NCBI GenBank assembly: GCA_963724295.1
Contig: CAVRUC010000007.1
Coordinates: 352,001-416,000 of the forward strand
DNA: 64,000 nt
Direction: 5' to 3'
Source of the DNA: an uncultured Chloroflexia bacterium
GTDB lineage: Bacteria > Chloroflexota > Chloroflexia > Thermomicrobiales > UBA6265
The position numbers were made by a program, and so were the translations under genes. Within the stretch, counting starts at the first letter, position 1. Each line of letters opens with the position of its first letter. Below, in pieces: positions 29,238 to 40,058 of the stretch. Under the pieces are notes generated by a model. The model was not told where the DNA came from. It saw only the letters and a program-made list of their open reading frames with translations, and made no database searches.

Positions 29238-30566
29238 GTGGAGACGGTACCCGAAACGACTCTCGATCGCGTGATCGCCGCTGTCGACGAGCGGGCCGAC
29301 GAAATAGTTGAGTTCGCGGCGGAGCTCATCCGGCAGCCATCAGTCAATCCGGATCTGGAGCCCAATGAGCTTGCCGAACGACCGGCTCAGGACTGGCTGC
29401 GGGAACAGTTTCGACAATTCGGTGCATTTGACACCGTCGATAGCTGGGAAGTTGCGGAGCACCGGCCCAACGTCGTCGCCGTGCGCATGGGTTCGGGCGG
29501 CGGCCGCTCGTTGACCTGGTCGGCGCACACGGACGTCGTGCCGGTGACGCCGGAGCAGGCCGCGCAATGGAATGGCGCCGGACCATTTTCGGGTGAAGTG
29601 CGCGACGGCAAGCTCTGGGGCCGGGGTGCCTCTGACATGAAAGGCGCGATCGCGGCGTACACCATGGCCACGCGTATCCTCCACGACAGCGGCGTTCAGC
29701 TGCAAGGCGACGTGATCCTTTCCCAGGCGTGCGGTGAAGAATCGGGGCGACGTGACATCGGGTGTAACACCATCTTGGAGCGAGGCTACCGGTCGGATCT
29801 TGCCATCTTTCCGGAACCATCAGACTTTCGTGTCTATCCAACGGCCAAGGGCGAGCTCTATTTCCGGCTCACCGTCCCTGGGAAGTCGACCCACATCTGT
29901 AATCGCAATCAGGTCGCGCAAGCCCTCCCGCACGGCGTCGAGCGACCGGGTGTGAGTGCGATCGACAACATGCTCAAGTACCAGCTGGCTTTGCTCGAGC
30001 TGGAACGCCAATGGCTCCTCTGGCGCACCAACCCCAATGTCGAGCCCGGCGGCATGTTCATCAACATCAATACCCTGCAGGCGGGAACCTCGATTACCTC
30101 TATCCCTGACTCGTGCGAGGCGACGGGATCGCTCCTGTTCTACCCCGACCTCACCGCGGACGAGGTCATGGCCGAGATCCGGGCCACCATCGACCGTGTC
30201 ACCGCGAGTGACTACTGGCTACGCGAGCATCCTCCGGTGCTCGACCTGCCGCTGGATGCCGAATCCGCCGCACCCTGGGTCAAGGAGCCGGTCAACATGC
30301 CATTCGACCATCCGGGTGTAGCAACAATTTCGGAAGTCATGAAGATCGTCTCGGGCCGCGAATCGGTCGTCGAAACCGCGCCATTCGTCTGCGACGCCAA
30401 CTTCTGGTACCCCCTGGGACAGCCTTCCCTGATCTTCGGTCTTGGGGACCCGAGCTGGGGCATCCACGGCACGAACGAGTTTCTCCCGGTCGCAGACCTC
30501 ATCGAGGCAACGAAAATCTTCGCCGGCGTGACCATGGCCTGGTGCGGCGTCGAGGGCTCAGCCTGA
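29238..30566 (+). CDS. M20/ArgE/DapE-family metallo-deacylase
   Basis: [24 protein letters not shown] and IHGTNE ligand set; GGAGGA SD before GTG 29238. Confidence 0.9.
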   Translation: METVPETTLDRVIAAVDERADEIVEFAAELIRQPSVNPDLEPNELAERPAQDWLREQFRQFGAFDTVDSWEVAEHRPNVVAVRMGSGGGRSLTWSAHTDVVPVTPEQAAQWNGAGPFSGEVRDGKLWGRGASDMKGAIAAYTMATRILHDSGVQLQGDVILSQACGEESGRRDIGCNTILERGYRSDLAIFPEPSDFRVYPTAKGELYFRLTVPGKSTHICNRNQVAQALPHGVERPGVSAIDNMLKYQLALLELERQWLLWRTNPNVEPGGMFININTLQAGTSITSIPDSCEATGSLLFYPDLTADEVMAEIRATIDRVTASDYWLREHPPVLDLPLDAESAAPWVKEPVNMPFDHPGVATISEVMKIVSGRESVVETAPFVCDANFWYPLGQPSLIFGLGDPSWGIHGTNEFLPVADLIEATKIFAGVTMAWCGVEGSA

Positions 30567-31406
30567 CCCGGCGGTCGCGTTGCGGGACCAGTTAGCCGGT
30601 GCGCGAGCACTCCAGCGCTGGCCGTCGTGACGGCAGTCGACGGGGAGGCCAAAGCACGCCGAGAGGTTCGCGCTCGTCAGCGTGGTCCGGATGGGACCGG
30701 CGGCGAGCGTCTGCCCGTCTCGCAAGAGGATGGCGTGCGTCGACGAGGACGGGACTTCTTCCAGATGGTGCGTCACCAGCACCGAGGTCAAATCGGGCCT
30801 CTCCTCGCTGAGGCGATCGAGAGCGGCGATCAATGCTTCGCGGGCGGCTAGATCGAGACCAACCGCCGGCTCGTCAAGCAACAGCAGCTGTGGGTCCGCG
30901 ATCAATGCGCGGGCGATGCGGATCCGGCCGCGTTCTCCCTGAGAGCAGGTCGCGATCTCACGGTCGGCGAGGTCCGCGCACCCGAGCAGCGCCAGAAGCT
31001 CTCGAGCCCGGGCTCGGTCCTGGCCCGAGTACGTCCACCACAGCGGCCGTAGCGTCGACCCAATACCCGTCAGGACGACGTCCTCGGCGGTCAGCCAGTC
31101 CAGCATGGCGCCGCCCGAGTCGACGAAGCCGATGCGTCCGCGCAGCATGGGCATGTCTACGCGACCAAGGGTGCCGCCCAGCACCGAAACGCGTCCTCTG
31201 CTCGGATGGCGCAGCGCCCCCGCCAGGGACAACAGCGTGCTCTTGCCCGATCCGTTGGGTCCGATCAGGACCCAGCGCTCACCCGGCAGCACGCACCAGT
31301 CGATCTCTCGCAAGATGTGCGCACCCTGCGGGGTCCAGACACTGACCGCGGCGAATTTGAGCGCGGCTGCAGGCTCGTCCTGGGGCGCGGGGTTCGCAAT
31401 GGTCAA
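30558..31406 (-). CDS. Stand-alone ABC ATP-binding protein (ModF/YlmA-like)
   Basis: [12 protein letters not shown] signature variant, LLLLDEP, VTHHLEE. Confidence 0.9.
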   Translation of the reverse strand: MTIANPAPQDEPAAALKFAAVSVWTPQGAHILREIDWCVLPGERWVLIGPNGSGKSTLLSLAGALRHPSRGRVSVLGGTLGRVDMPMLRGRIGFVDSGGAMLDWLTAEDVVLTGIGSTLRPLWWTYSGQDRARARELLALLGCADLADREIATCSQGERGRIRIARALIADPQLLLLDEPAVGLDLAAREALIAALDRLSEERPDLTSVLVTHHLEEVPSSSTHAILLRDGQTLAAGPIRTTLTSANLSACFGLPVDCRHDGQRWSARAPANWSRNATAGSG

Positions 31407-32269
31407 GAGAGGCGAACGACAGGATTCACGAGCGATCCAATGCCGTCGATGCGGATCGCCACCTCGTCACCGTCTTGCAGGGTGAACTCGGATGGCGGCA
31501 CGATCCCGGTGCCGGTCATCAGAAACACGCCGGCGGGAAACTCATTATCCCGGAACAGGTATGCGATCAGGTCGGAAAGCGACCGGTGGAGCTGGGATGT
31601 TGCCGTGGTGTCCTGGAACAACTCTGTCCCACCTCGGTAGATCGTCAGCTGGATCTCCAGGTTCGACACATCGGGCATCTCGTCGACCGTAACCACCGTC
31701 GGACCGAGTGCCGCGCATCGCGAGTAGACCTTGGCCTGCGGCAGGTACAAGGGGTTCTCACCTTCGATGGAGCGAGATGAGACGTCGTTGCCGATCGTGT
31801 AGCCAACGAGCTCGCCGCGGGCATTGAGCAGGATCGCCAGCTCCGGTTCCGGCACATCCCAGCCCGAATCGCCGCGAATGGCGATGGCTTCGCCTGGCCC
31901 GGAGACCCGATTCGGAGTCGCCTTGAGAAACAGCTCCGGACGATCCGCGTCGTAGACCCGGTCGTATACGTCCCGCTGGCTCGACTCCTCCATCCGCGCA
32001 TCGCGGGAGCGCAGGTACGTCACTCCGGCAGCCCAAACTTCCTGACGATCAATCGGGGCTTTGAGCGTGACAGAGGATATGTGAATTTCGGCATCGGGAG
32101 CGTGCTCGGACGCGCTGAGGGCGGCCCGCAACTCGGCGGCCGGCATCTGCAAGGCCGCGGATAGCGATTCCGGTCCACCGGATCGGGCAAGATCGATGAG
32201 CCGCTCGCCGGCGACAAGTCCGAAACGCGATTCCTGTTCGTCGCCGACCGTAAAGTATGCGAGTCCCAC
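31403..32269 (-). CDS. Fumarylacetoacetate hydrolase family protein (2-keto-3-deoxy sugar-acid dehydratase-like)
   Basis: [50 protein letters not shown]. Confidence 0.9.
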   Translation of the reverse strand: MGLAYFTVGDEQESRFGLVAGERLIDLARSGGPESLSAALQMPAAELRAALSASEHAPDAEIHISSVTLKAPIDRQEVWAAGVTYLRSRDARMEESSQRDVYDRVYDADRPELFLKATPNRVSGPGEAIAIRGDSGWDVPEPELAILLNARGELVGYTIGNDVSSRSIEGENPLYLPQAKVYSRCAALGPTVVTVDEMPDVSNLEIQLTIYRGGTELFQDTTATSQLHRSLSDLIAYLFRDNEFPAGVFLMTGTGIVPPSEFTLQDGDEVAIRIDGIGSLVNPVVRLS

Positions 32270-32399
32270 GCTTTCCCCCTCGAGAACGTCTACGATTCCT
32301 CCGGTTGCCTAGGAGTACGTCATCGAGCCTGTCCACGCTGCACAATCGCGCTGCTCGTCGCGCCTGCTGGCAGTGACGCATCGACCGTGAACGGGCGCG

Positions 32400-32690
32400 T
32401 CAGGTCCAGCCCTCGCTCCGGGCGCGTCGTTGCAGGCGTTCCAGAATGTCGGCCAATCGCTCGTCGCCTTTTCCGTCCACCAGGTCGAGATCGACCCCCG
32501 CATCGGCAAGCGAGCGCCGGAAGCGAAGGACCAACGCAAGCTCCTGCGGGGTGAGGTCGTAGCCGTATTTCACGAGCGTGGCGGGCAAATCGTCGCGCGC
32601 CTCGTCGCGAAATGTGGAGTCGGACATGACCTGCTCGGCGAGCCGTTGCAGCACATCAATACGAACCGGACCATCCTCGGGAGATATCAC
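32400..32690 (-). CDS. Small protein resembling the NHLP-clan leader domain
   Basis: LAEQVMSDSTFRDEARDD..TL..YGYDLTPQEL resembles the D-x-x-FR...YDLT-x-EE pattern; GAGGA SD before GTG. Confidence 0.55.
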   Translation of the reverse strand: MISPEDGPVRIDVLQRLAEQVMSDSTFRDEARDDLPATLVKYGYDLTPQELALVLRFRRSLADAGVDLDLVDGKGDERLADILERLQRRARSEGWT

Positions 32691-32805
32691 CGCACTATCG
32701 TCCTCGCCTGCAGGTGTTATTGTCTAAACGACCGCGATTGTACATCCCCGCGACCGGGGCCGCGTTAGCTAATCGTGGGGGTGCTTCGATAACGATGCAA
32801 ACGAC

Positions 32806-34581
32806 ATGACAATCAAGTCGAACGGTCTCCCGCACGCTTCCCAGCCAGAACCTGTCGAGCAACCCGCGCTCGACGGGGGCGGATCTGGGCAGGCGTCGTG
32901 CCCCAGATGTGGATCGGTCGGTACAGGCGACGAAACGACGGAGGAGTTTCGGGTCTGCGGCGTCTGCGGCTATCACCATCCCGAGTCGGCTCGAGCCGCA
33001 ATTGTGAGGCTCGTCGACGAGGGAAGCTTTCGCGAACAGGATCCGGAGCTGGCCTCGACCGACCCGCTTCACTTCGTCGACGAGACCGCCTACCGCGAGC
33101 GATTGCTGGCACTAAAGGCCGAAACCGGCGAGGCGGATGCCCTGGTCTCGGGTATTGCCCGGCTGCAGGGTCATGAGGTCGCCATCGCGGCGCTCGACTT
33201 CGGATTCCTGGGCGGGAGCATGGGTGTCGTCGTCGGCGAGAAGCTGGTGCGCATCGCGGAACGCGCGCGCGACCGTCGCTTGCCCCTGATCTCGATCTCC
33301 GCCAGTGGTGGCGCGCGCATGCAAGAGGGAATGCTCTCTCTCTTGCAGATGGCGAAGACCTCTGCCGCGGTGCAGCGCCTGCGGGAAGCGGGATGCCCCT
33401 ACATCTCCATCCTGGCGCATCCGACCACGGGGGGAGTATTTGCATCGTTCGCCAATCTGGGCGATATCATCCTTGCCGAACCCGGGGCGCTGATCGGCTT
33501 CGCGGGTCCTCGCGTGGCAGAGCAGATCATCGGTCAGAAACTGCCCGAAGGATCCCACACAGCCGAGTTTCTCTACGCTCACGGGATGGTCGACGCGATA
33601 GTCGACCGCCGTGAGCAGCGGGAGTATCTCGCCAGGTGTCTCACGATTCTGACGGCGCCGCGATCCGGGTTCCAGCGACGAGGGCACACGTTTCGGTCAC
33701 CACGAAAAAATGGACCGGAAGTTCCCGCCTGGGATGCCGTACAGCGTGCTCGCGGCGCCCGGCGACTCACCAGCATGGACTACCTCGAACGGATGCTTGG
33801 TGAGCTCGTCGAGCTTCATGGCGATCGCTCGTCAGGCGACGATCCAGCGGTCGTGGCGGGGATTGGCACACTTGACGGCAAAGCGATCGCCGTCATTGCC
33901 CTGGAGCGAGGTCATCTCGAAGAGCGCGAGCGGCGCCACGACGGCCGCCCGTACCCGGAGGGCTACCGGAAGGCGCGCCGGGTTATGGAGTTAGCGGAAC
34001 GCCTGCACCTGCCGCTCGTCACCTTCATCGACACACCCGGCGCCTACCCGGGGGTCGAGTCCGAGGCCCGCGGACTTGCGTCGGAGCTGGCGGGGTCGCT
34101 GGCTCGCATGAGCACGTTGCGCACGCCCATCGTCGCCGCGGTGATTGGCGAAGGCGGCAGCGGCGGGGCGCTGGCCCTTGCCGTCGCGGACCGGGTACTG
34201 ATGCTGGAGGGCGCGATCTACTCGGTGATCGCTCCGGAGGGCGCCGCGGCAATTCTCTATCGCGACGCCACGCGGGCTCCGGAGATCTCATCGAAGCTGA
34301 AGCTGACCGCGCGTGACCTGAAACGCCTCAACGTCGTCGACGAGATCGTGCCGGAGCCGGACTCCGCGACAGAGGTCGATCCGGATGTGGCGGCCGCGCT
34401 GCTGGCTGAGTCGATCGGGAACGCCCTCGCCGAACTCCAGCGCAAGCGGATCGACCGTGTGCTGCGGGAGCGATACGACCGCTACCAGAACGTTGGCAGA
34501 CGACACGCGAAGCGCCCGCGGCGGAGACTCCCGTTCCCGCGCAGAAAACGCGTGGCGGCAGGTCGGGCGAATCCGGGGTGA
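32806..34581 (+). CDS. accDA: Fused acetyl-CoA carboxylase carboxyltransferase beta+alpha
   Basis: CPRC/CGVC zinc finger, GGSMG, SGGARMQEG and PTTGGV (AccD), then ELHGDR, EGYRKA, IDTPGA and GEGGSGGAL (AccA). Confidence 0.95.
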   Translation: MTIKSNGLPHASQPEPVEQPALDGGGSGQASCPRCGSVGTGDETTEEFRVCGVCGYHHPESARAAIVRLVDEGSFREQDPELASTDPLHFVDETAYRERLLALKAETGEADALVSGIARLQGHEVAIAALDFGFLGGSMGVVVGEKLVRIAERARDRRLPLISISASGGARMQEGMLSLLQMAKTSAAVQRLREAGCPYISILAHPTTGGVFASFANLGDIILAEPGALIGFAGPRVAEQIIGQKLPEGSHTAEFLYAHGMVDAIVDRREQREYLARCLTILTAPRSGFQRRGHTFRSPRKNGPEVPAWDAVQRARGARRLTSMDYLERMLGELVELHGDRSSGDDPAVVAGIGTLDGKAIAVIALERGHLEERERRHDGRPYPEGYRKARRVMELAERLHLPLVTFIDTPGAYPGVESEARGLASELAGSLARMSTLRTPIVAAVIGEGGSGGALALAVADRVLMLEGAIYSVIAPEGAAAILYRDATRAPEISSKLKLTARDLKRLNVVDEIVPEPDSATEVDPDVAAALLAESIGNALAELQRKRIDRVLRERYDRYQNVGRRHAKRPRRRLPFPRRKRVAAGRANPG

Positions 34582-35523
34582 TCAGACGGCGGCGGTAACC
34601 GCCGTCTCGACGCTGGTTCGCCAGTGCGCATACCGCCCGTCGCGGCCGCGCAACACGTCGTCGAACGCTGATTCCAGCGCACGCGTCACGGGCCCGATCT
34701 CGCCATTGCCAACGGTGTACTTGTCGACGCCGACGATCGGGGTCACTTCAGCGGCCGTGCCGCAGGTGAAGACCTCATCGGCAAGATACAGCTCGGTGCG
34801 ATCGACGTGTCGCTCGACAACCTCTAGGCCCAGGACTTCCCGGACGAGCACGATCAGCGCATCGCGGGTGATGCTTTCCAGGATGCCACTGTTGACGTCA
34901 GGGGTAATGACTTGGTTGCCGGAGACGAGCATGACGCAGGCACCGGGGCCTTCGGTAACTTTTCCGACATGGTTGAGGAGGATCGCGGTGTCGTATCCGT
35001 CCAACCGCGCCTCCATCCCGGCGAGCTGGCTATTCCGGTAGTTGGAGAGATTCTTGACCCGCGGCGGCATGACATCCTCGGAGATGCGCCGCCACGAGCT
35101 TACCTTGGCTGTCTGGGTCAGTCCGGACTTGAGGTGGGACGCCATCGGCGTCGTGTTGATCAGAAGCGCGGTGTCCTGGCCGAGCTGAGCAAAGCGCTTC
35201 CCGGACGTCTCCGCGGCGTATGCGAGGGGTCGGATATAGGTATCCTCGCGCACCTCATTGACCCGCAAGAGATCGATCGTGGCGTCCGTCAGCTCATCCA
35301 GGTCGTAATCGAGCGTGAAACGGACGAGTCGCATGGAGCGCTCCAGCCGCTCCAGATGCTCGCGCAACCGGAAGATGTAGAGCTCGTCATCATCGCCGGT
35401 GTAGGCCCGAATTCCCTCGAACACTGCTCCGACGGTCGACCAACCAAGCTCGGTAACGTGGATCGTGCACTCATCCCAGGGCCGGCGTTCGCCATTCCAC
35501 CAAATGTATTCGGGATGCGTCAT
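34582..35523 (-). CDS. ilvE: Branched-chain amino acid aminotransferase (class IV)
   Basis: VFEGIRAY, FRLREHLERL, YIRP, GILESITR, ADEVFTCGTAAEVTP. Confidence 0.9.
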   Translation of the reverse strand: MTHPEYIWWNGERRPWDECTIHVTELGWSTVGAVFEGIRAYTGDDDELYIFRLREHLERLERSMRLVRFTLDYDLDELTDATIDLLRVNEVREDTYIRPLAYAAETSGKRFAQLGQDTALLINTTPMASHLKSGLTQTAKVSSWRRISEDVMPPRVKNLSNYRNSQLAGMEARLDGYDTAILLNHVGKVTEGPGACVMLVSGNQVITPDVNSGILESITRDALIVLVREVLGLEVVERHVDRTELYLADEVFTCGTAAEVTPIVGVDKYTVGNGEIGPVTRALESAFDDVLRGRDGRYAHWRTSVETAVTAAV

Positions 35524-35680
35524 CGCCTGATTCACTGACTCCTCCAACCCCAATCCGGGTGGCGCATGTTCGCCGGCTTCAACGCCACACCCCGCCGTGG
35601 ACGGAGTATGGCATGTCGCTCCGTCGCCAATCATCCCGATGAGGCAATAGGGCGGTTTGGCACATTCCGGTCAGCCATGA

Positions 35681-35716
35681 GACCGGGGAGGCCTCTCGGC
35701 CCCCCCGGTCCATTTT
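35681..35716. terminator. Hairpin/terminator downstream of oppA
   Basis: GACCGGGGAGGCC-tctc-GGCCCCCCCGGTC imperfect inverted repeat. Confidence 0.65.
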
Positions 35717-35752
35717 CGCGCTCGACAGAATGTCGGTCGGGTCGCCTCTTGG

Positions 35753-37546
35753 CTACTCCTCCCGGCCTTCAATCCGCACGTCCGACACCATCCGGACGTA
35801 AATGTTGCCTTCAGGCACCGTGAATCCCTGCCGGTTCACGGCGACGTCCTTGACCCACGGCTTGAAGGCGTACTGATCCAGTCGATAGACGACCGGGATG
35901 TAGCCGACGTCCTCCTGGATGACCCGCTCGGCCTGCTTGTAGATCTCCAGCCGCGCATCTGGATCGGGTTCCGCCTTGCCCTGGTTCACCAACTCGTCGA
36001 ACTCCGCGTTCGACCACGACTGGCGCTTCCCGGAGGCCTTCTGGCTGTAGAACATGTCGCCGTAGCCGTTGTTCGGATCCGGGTAGTCATACCACCAGCG
36101 AATCCAGACGAGCTGGAACTCATTCTTGAAGAGCTCCGGTCGCCAGGACGCTTCTGGCCAGACCTGGATATTGATGTTCATACCCAGGTTTTCCTGAAGC
36201 TGGGCCACGATGTCGTTCGCCATCAGATCGGAGTTGTAGACCTCCTCCTGACCGCGCATATGCATCGTGATCTCGGGCCAGTTCTGACCGCCTTCATACG
36301 GGGTGCCGACGAGCTGCTCCATCGCCAGAGCGGGGTCGAACGCCTGGATGGCGGCGATCTCTGGATCGTCGATGTACCCAAACACACCGGTCGGCACCAT
36401 GCCGTAGGCTTCGGCAGCCAGCCCGTTCGTCAATTCGACCAAACGGGTGCGGTCGACCGCGTGGCTCAGCGCCCTGCGGACCTTCAGACCGACCTCGTCA
36501 TTCTGGAATGGCTCCTGCCCATTTGAGGGTACGAGCATCCAGATGCCGGGATAAACGTACTGCCTGAGTTGCTCCGAAAGCTCGGGATCGTCCTGATATC
36601 GTGACAGGTCAGAGGCTGGGATATTGACCCAGTCCAGCTTCTGCTCGCCTTCTCCGCGCTCAAATGTGAGAACGGCCGCGTCCGCGGGAATGATCGGCAG
36701 GAAGGCCTTCTTGACGTTGAGCTCTTCGAAGTACCAGTGGCCCGGGTTCGGCGACATTTCGACGACGACGTCATGCTCCCAGCGGTCAAGCTTGTAGGGA
36801 CCGTTGGCCCAGAACGGAACGGACCCCGATGCCCAGACATCAGCACCGTGCTCCTCGATCGCCCACTGCGGCGCCGGGACCGAAGCCTGGTAACCCACGA
36901 CCTGGGGGAAGTAGGCGCGCGGACCCTCCATCGTGACCTCGAGGGTCCATTCGTCGAGGGCCTTCACGCCGAGTTCCTCGGGCGCCATTTCCTCTTCACC
37001 GAGGTTGTATTTCTCGGCGTTCTTGACATCGAAAAGGAACCCGGCATACGCGGCGGCGTTAGCGGGGTTGAGCTGCCGCTCCCAGGAGAAGACGAAGTCT
37101 TGAGCCGTCACCGGACGGGTGTCGGTTCCGTTTGTCCAACCCTGGTTGTCCGGGCGGATGTTGAACGTCCAGACCGAGGCGTCCTCGTTCGGTGTGAACG
37201 TCTCCGCCCAGTCCGGAATCGCGTTGAGGTTCGCGTCAAAGGTGAGGAGTCCGGAGGAAACCTCGAGCGCTGCGCCAGCGTAGAGGTTCAAGTTCCAGTC
37301 GAACGAAACGGGGTCGTCGAAAAGGGAGAAGTGATAGAACACCTCGTCCGGCCCAAAGTCCTGCCGTAGCAGTGCGCGACGTGGCGCGGCTGCCGCCCCG
37401 GGGCCGACGTATCGCTCCATGCCGGCCATTGTGGCTGTGCCCGCCGCGGCCGCAGCGGCGATCTTCATGAAGTTTCGCCGGCTCATGCCAAGGCTCTTGA
37501 AGCGTTGCCCCAGAATGCGGAGCTGATCGTTCTTACGGTTTCCCAC
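35753..37546 (-). CDS. oppA: Oligopeptide ABC substrate-binding protein, Tat-exported
   Basis: SRRNFMK Tat motif, PVTAQDFVFSW, NGPYKL, VRRALSHAVDR, DYPDP; AAGGAG SD. Confidence 0.92.
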   Translation of the reverse strand: MGNRKNDQLRILGQRFKSLGMSRRNFMKIAAAAAAGTATMAGMERYVGPGAAAAPRRALLRQDFGPDEVFYHFSLFDDPVSFDWNLNLYAGAALEVSSGLLTFDANLNAIPDWAETFTPNEDASVWTFNIRPDNQGWTNGTDTRPVTAQDFVFSWERQLNPANAAAYAGFLFDVKNAEKYNLGEEEMAPEELGVKALDEWTLEVTMEGPRAYFPQVVGYQASVPAPQWAIEEHGADVWASGSVPFWANGPYKLDRWEHDVVVEMSPNPGHWYFEELNVKKAFLPIIPADAAVLTFERGEGEQKLDWVNIPASDLSRYQDDPELSEQLRQYVYPGIWMLVPSNGQEPFQNDEVGLKVRRALSHAVDRTRLVELTNGLAAEAYGMVPTGVFGYIDDPEIAAIQAFDPALAMEQLVGTPYEGGQNWPEITMHMRGQEEVYNSDLMANDIVAQLQENLGMNINIQVWPEASWRPELFKNEFQLVWIRWWYDYPDPNNGYGDMFYSQKASGKRQSWSNAEFDELVNQGKAEPDPDARLEIYKQAERVIQEDVGYIPVVYRLDQYAFKPWVKDVAVNRQGFTVPEGNIYVRMVSDVRIEGREE

Positions 37547-37771
37547 GCGTTTGCTCCTTTTCTTTACCCGTTGGGAACCAACTAGTGGATCATGCCGACA
37601 CGGGTGGCCTCGTCGCCATCCCTCGTCACCGGCGCTAGGCGCGCGCCTGCTGCCCTCCTTTCGTCCAAGAATTCATCCCGGCCGGGTTTGCGCCGGCGCG
37701 GCCTTCAGGAGTTGGGAGTGAATCCCGCGCCAATGTCACGGAACTCGTCCGCCTGGCAATGAAGCAAATCA

Positions 37772-38806
37772 TCAGTCCTTGCTTCCCTTGGGATCGAGTG
37801 CATCACGGAGACCGTCACCAAGGAATGTGAAGCCCAGCATCGTGAGCCCGATCGCCACCACCGGGAAGAGCAGCATGTGCGGGCTGGACTCGATATACCC
37901 AGGTTTACTTCCTTCCGCGACCATTTGACCCCAGCTGGCCTGGGGTGGCCGGATGCCGACGCCGACGTAACTGAGCGCCGCCTCGATGAAGATTGCGGTC
38001 GGAATACCAAATGTCAACGCGACGATGATGGGCGTGAGGCTGTTCGGCAGCATGTGCTTGCGGATGATGTAGGACCCGTTTCCCCCCGCGACCTGCGCGG
38101 CGCTCACGTATTCCTGTTCACGTAGGGACAAAAATTGCCCCCGCACCAAGCGCGCCTCGGTGACCCATCCCACCAGCCCGATGGCCAGAAAGATGTTGAA
38201 CAAGCCTGGCCCCCACCAGTTGACGAAGAGGAGCACCATCAGGAGCTGTGGAATCGCGTAGACGACGTCGACGAGCCGCATCATGACATTGTCAGTTGCT
38301 CCGCCGAAGTATCCAGCGATCGCACCGATTGGCACCCCAATGAGGAGCACGATCGCCTGCGCGAGCACTCCCACCACGAGCGAAACCTGTGCTCCATAGG
38401 CCATGCGGCTGAACATGTCCCGGCCGTTTGCATCAAGTCCCATCGGCCAGGTCCAGGAGGGCGGGTACCGCGCGAGTCGGAAGTCGACAACTTCAGCCTG
38501 ACCGTAGGGCGCCAGCAGCGGCGCAAAGAGTGCAATCAATGAGAAGGTCACGACGATCAAGAGCCCGACGACCGCGAGTTTGTTGCGTCGCAGTCGCCGC
38601 CATGCGTCGCTCCAGAGGCTGCGCTGCTTGCGTGCGGTCAGCTCACCCGCGAGTCCGGGCGAGGGGGTGCCACGCTGCCCTGGGGCCACCGCGTCGTCGA
38701 GTATCTCCTCGACTTGCCACGGTGGAGCAGGTGCGGCCGTGTCCGTGCTTCTAAGCGCAAGATTCATTGAGTCAAGGGGCTGGCTCTGGGGGTGAGATGG
38801 CGCCAT
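37772..38806 (-). CDS. oppC: Oligopeptide ABC permease
   Basis: SLWSDAWRRLRRNKLA, GRDMFSR, ARLVRGQFLSLREQEYV, LGDGLRDALDP. Confidence 0.93.
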   Translation of the reverse strand: MAPSHPQSQPLDSMNLALRSTDTAAPAPPWQVEEILDDAVAPGQRGTPSPGLAGELTARKQRSLWSDAWRRLRRNKLAVVGLLIVVTFSLIALFAPLLAPYGQAEVVDFRLARYPPSWTWPMGLDANGRDMFSRMAYGAQVSLVVGVLAQAIVLLIGVPIGAIAGYFGGATDNVMMRLVDVVYAIPQLLMVLLFVNWWGPGLFNIFLAIGLVGWVTEARLVRGQFLSLREQEYVSAAQVAGGNGSYIIRKHMLPNSLTPIIVALTFGIPTAIFIEAALSYVGVGIRPPQASWGQMVAEGSKPGYIESSPHMLLFPVVAIGLTMLGFTFLGDGLRDALDPKGSKD

Positions 38807-38872
38807 CCGATTACCTCGCCTGTGCCGTCAGGCTAGCTGGATTTCAACGAGTGATGGCACGGGCGCCACCAC

Positions 38873-39805
38873 TTAGTATCGAATCCGCGGGTCGATCACG
38901 CCGTAGGTCAAATCGACCAGGAGGTTCATGATGGCCAGAAACACCCCATAAAGGAGTACGACAGCGAGGATCATGGTCTGATCCTTGACCTGCATGCTGG
39001 TCACGAAAAATTTCCCCATACCGGGGATATTGAACACCTGCTCGACGAAAAACGACCCGGTCGCGACCGCGGCGAAGATAGGGCCGATCAACGTCACGAC
39101 AGGTATAAGCGCGTTCTTAAGCACGTGTTTGGTTACGACGCCTTCTTCGGTCAGCCCCTTGGCGCGTGCCGTTCGCACGAAATCGGAGCGAATAACCTCG
39201 ATCATGCTGGAACGGGTGTATCTGGCAAGGGTAGCGAGTGGCGCGGCGCCGAGCGCGATAGTGGGCAGGATCCAGTCGATCGGGCGATCCCATCCCCCAA
39301 CGTGAAAACCCAGGTCGATCCCAATGTCGGGGAGCCAAACCACAAAGGTCAGGATGAGTAGAAACCCCATGACGAAGCTCGGCATGCTGTAAAAAAGGAC
39401 GGCCATGGTCACCGACGAGTAATCGACCCAACCGTTCTGATTGACCGCGGCCAGGATCCCCAACGTCATACCGACGACGACGGCAAAGAGCGTCGCCATC
39501 GCGCCGAGATGAAGGGAGATGGGAAACGTTCGGCCGATGATCTCGTTCACGGTCTGAGGACGTGCGTGGTACGAGATCCCGAAGTCGAGGTGGGCGGCAT
39601 TCCAGATGTAGAGGACGAATTGCTCGTGGACCGGCTTGTCGAGCCCGTAGAGCGCCTCCAGTCGCTGGATATCTTCGGGGCGCTGCTTGTCGCTGACGTC
39701 GAACGGGCTTCCCGGAGTGGCCTGCATGATCAAGAACGTGAACGCAGCCATCGCCAGGATGGTGGGGATGAACCAGAAGATCCGGTTCATGGCAAATCTC
39801 AACAT
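38873..39805 (-). CDS. oppB: Oligopeptide ABC permease
   Basis: PGSPF, YGLDKP, DFVRTARAKGL, KHVLKNALIP, DLTYGVIDPRIRY; GAGGAGG SD. Confidence 0.93.
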   Translation of the reverse strand: MLRFAMNRIFWFIPTILAMAAFTFLIMQATPGSPFDVSDKQRPEDIQRLEALYGLDKPVHEQFVLYIWNAAHLDFGISYHARPQTVNEIIGRTFPISLHLGAMATLFAVVVGMTLGILAAVNQNGWVDYSSVTMAVLFYSMPSFVMGFLLILTFVVWLPDIGIDLGFHVGGWDRPIDWILPTIALGAAPLATLARYTRSSMIEVIRSDFVRTARAKGLTEEGVVTKHVLKNALIPVVTLIGPIFAAVATGSFFVEQVFNIPGMGKFFVTSMQVKDQTMILAVVLLYGVFLAIMNLLVDLTYGVIDPRIRY

Positions 39806-39986
39806 GCGGGGTCCGGCCTCCTCACGGGAGCTCTTGCCGATCGTGGGAGCGACGATGCCCCCGGTGGCCAGGCGGCCCGGCATCCGGCTCTAGCGGATGC
39901 CGTCGCGTTCCGGCGTCCGATAACGTTGACCCGACCCAACACCGTCGTCAAGGTCGTCAGTGTGCACCTCATGATTGAACAGCGCG

Positions 39987-40015
39987 ACGATACATTGCCC
40001 AATTTTATGTGTCAA
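39987..40015 (-). promoter_or_regulatory. Putative sigma70 promoter of oppBCA
   Basis: Minus strand TTGACA-17 bp-TATCGT. Confidence 0.7.
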
Positions 40016-40058
40016 GAACCAAGAGCTTGATGAATACCGCGCGCGACTGGACGAATGG

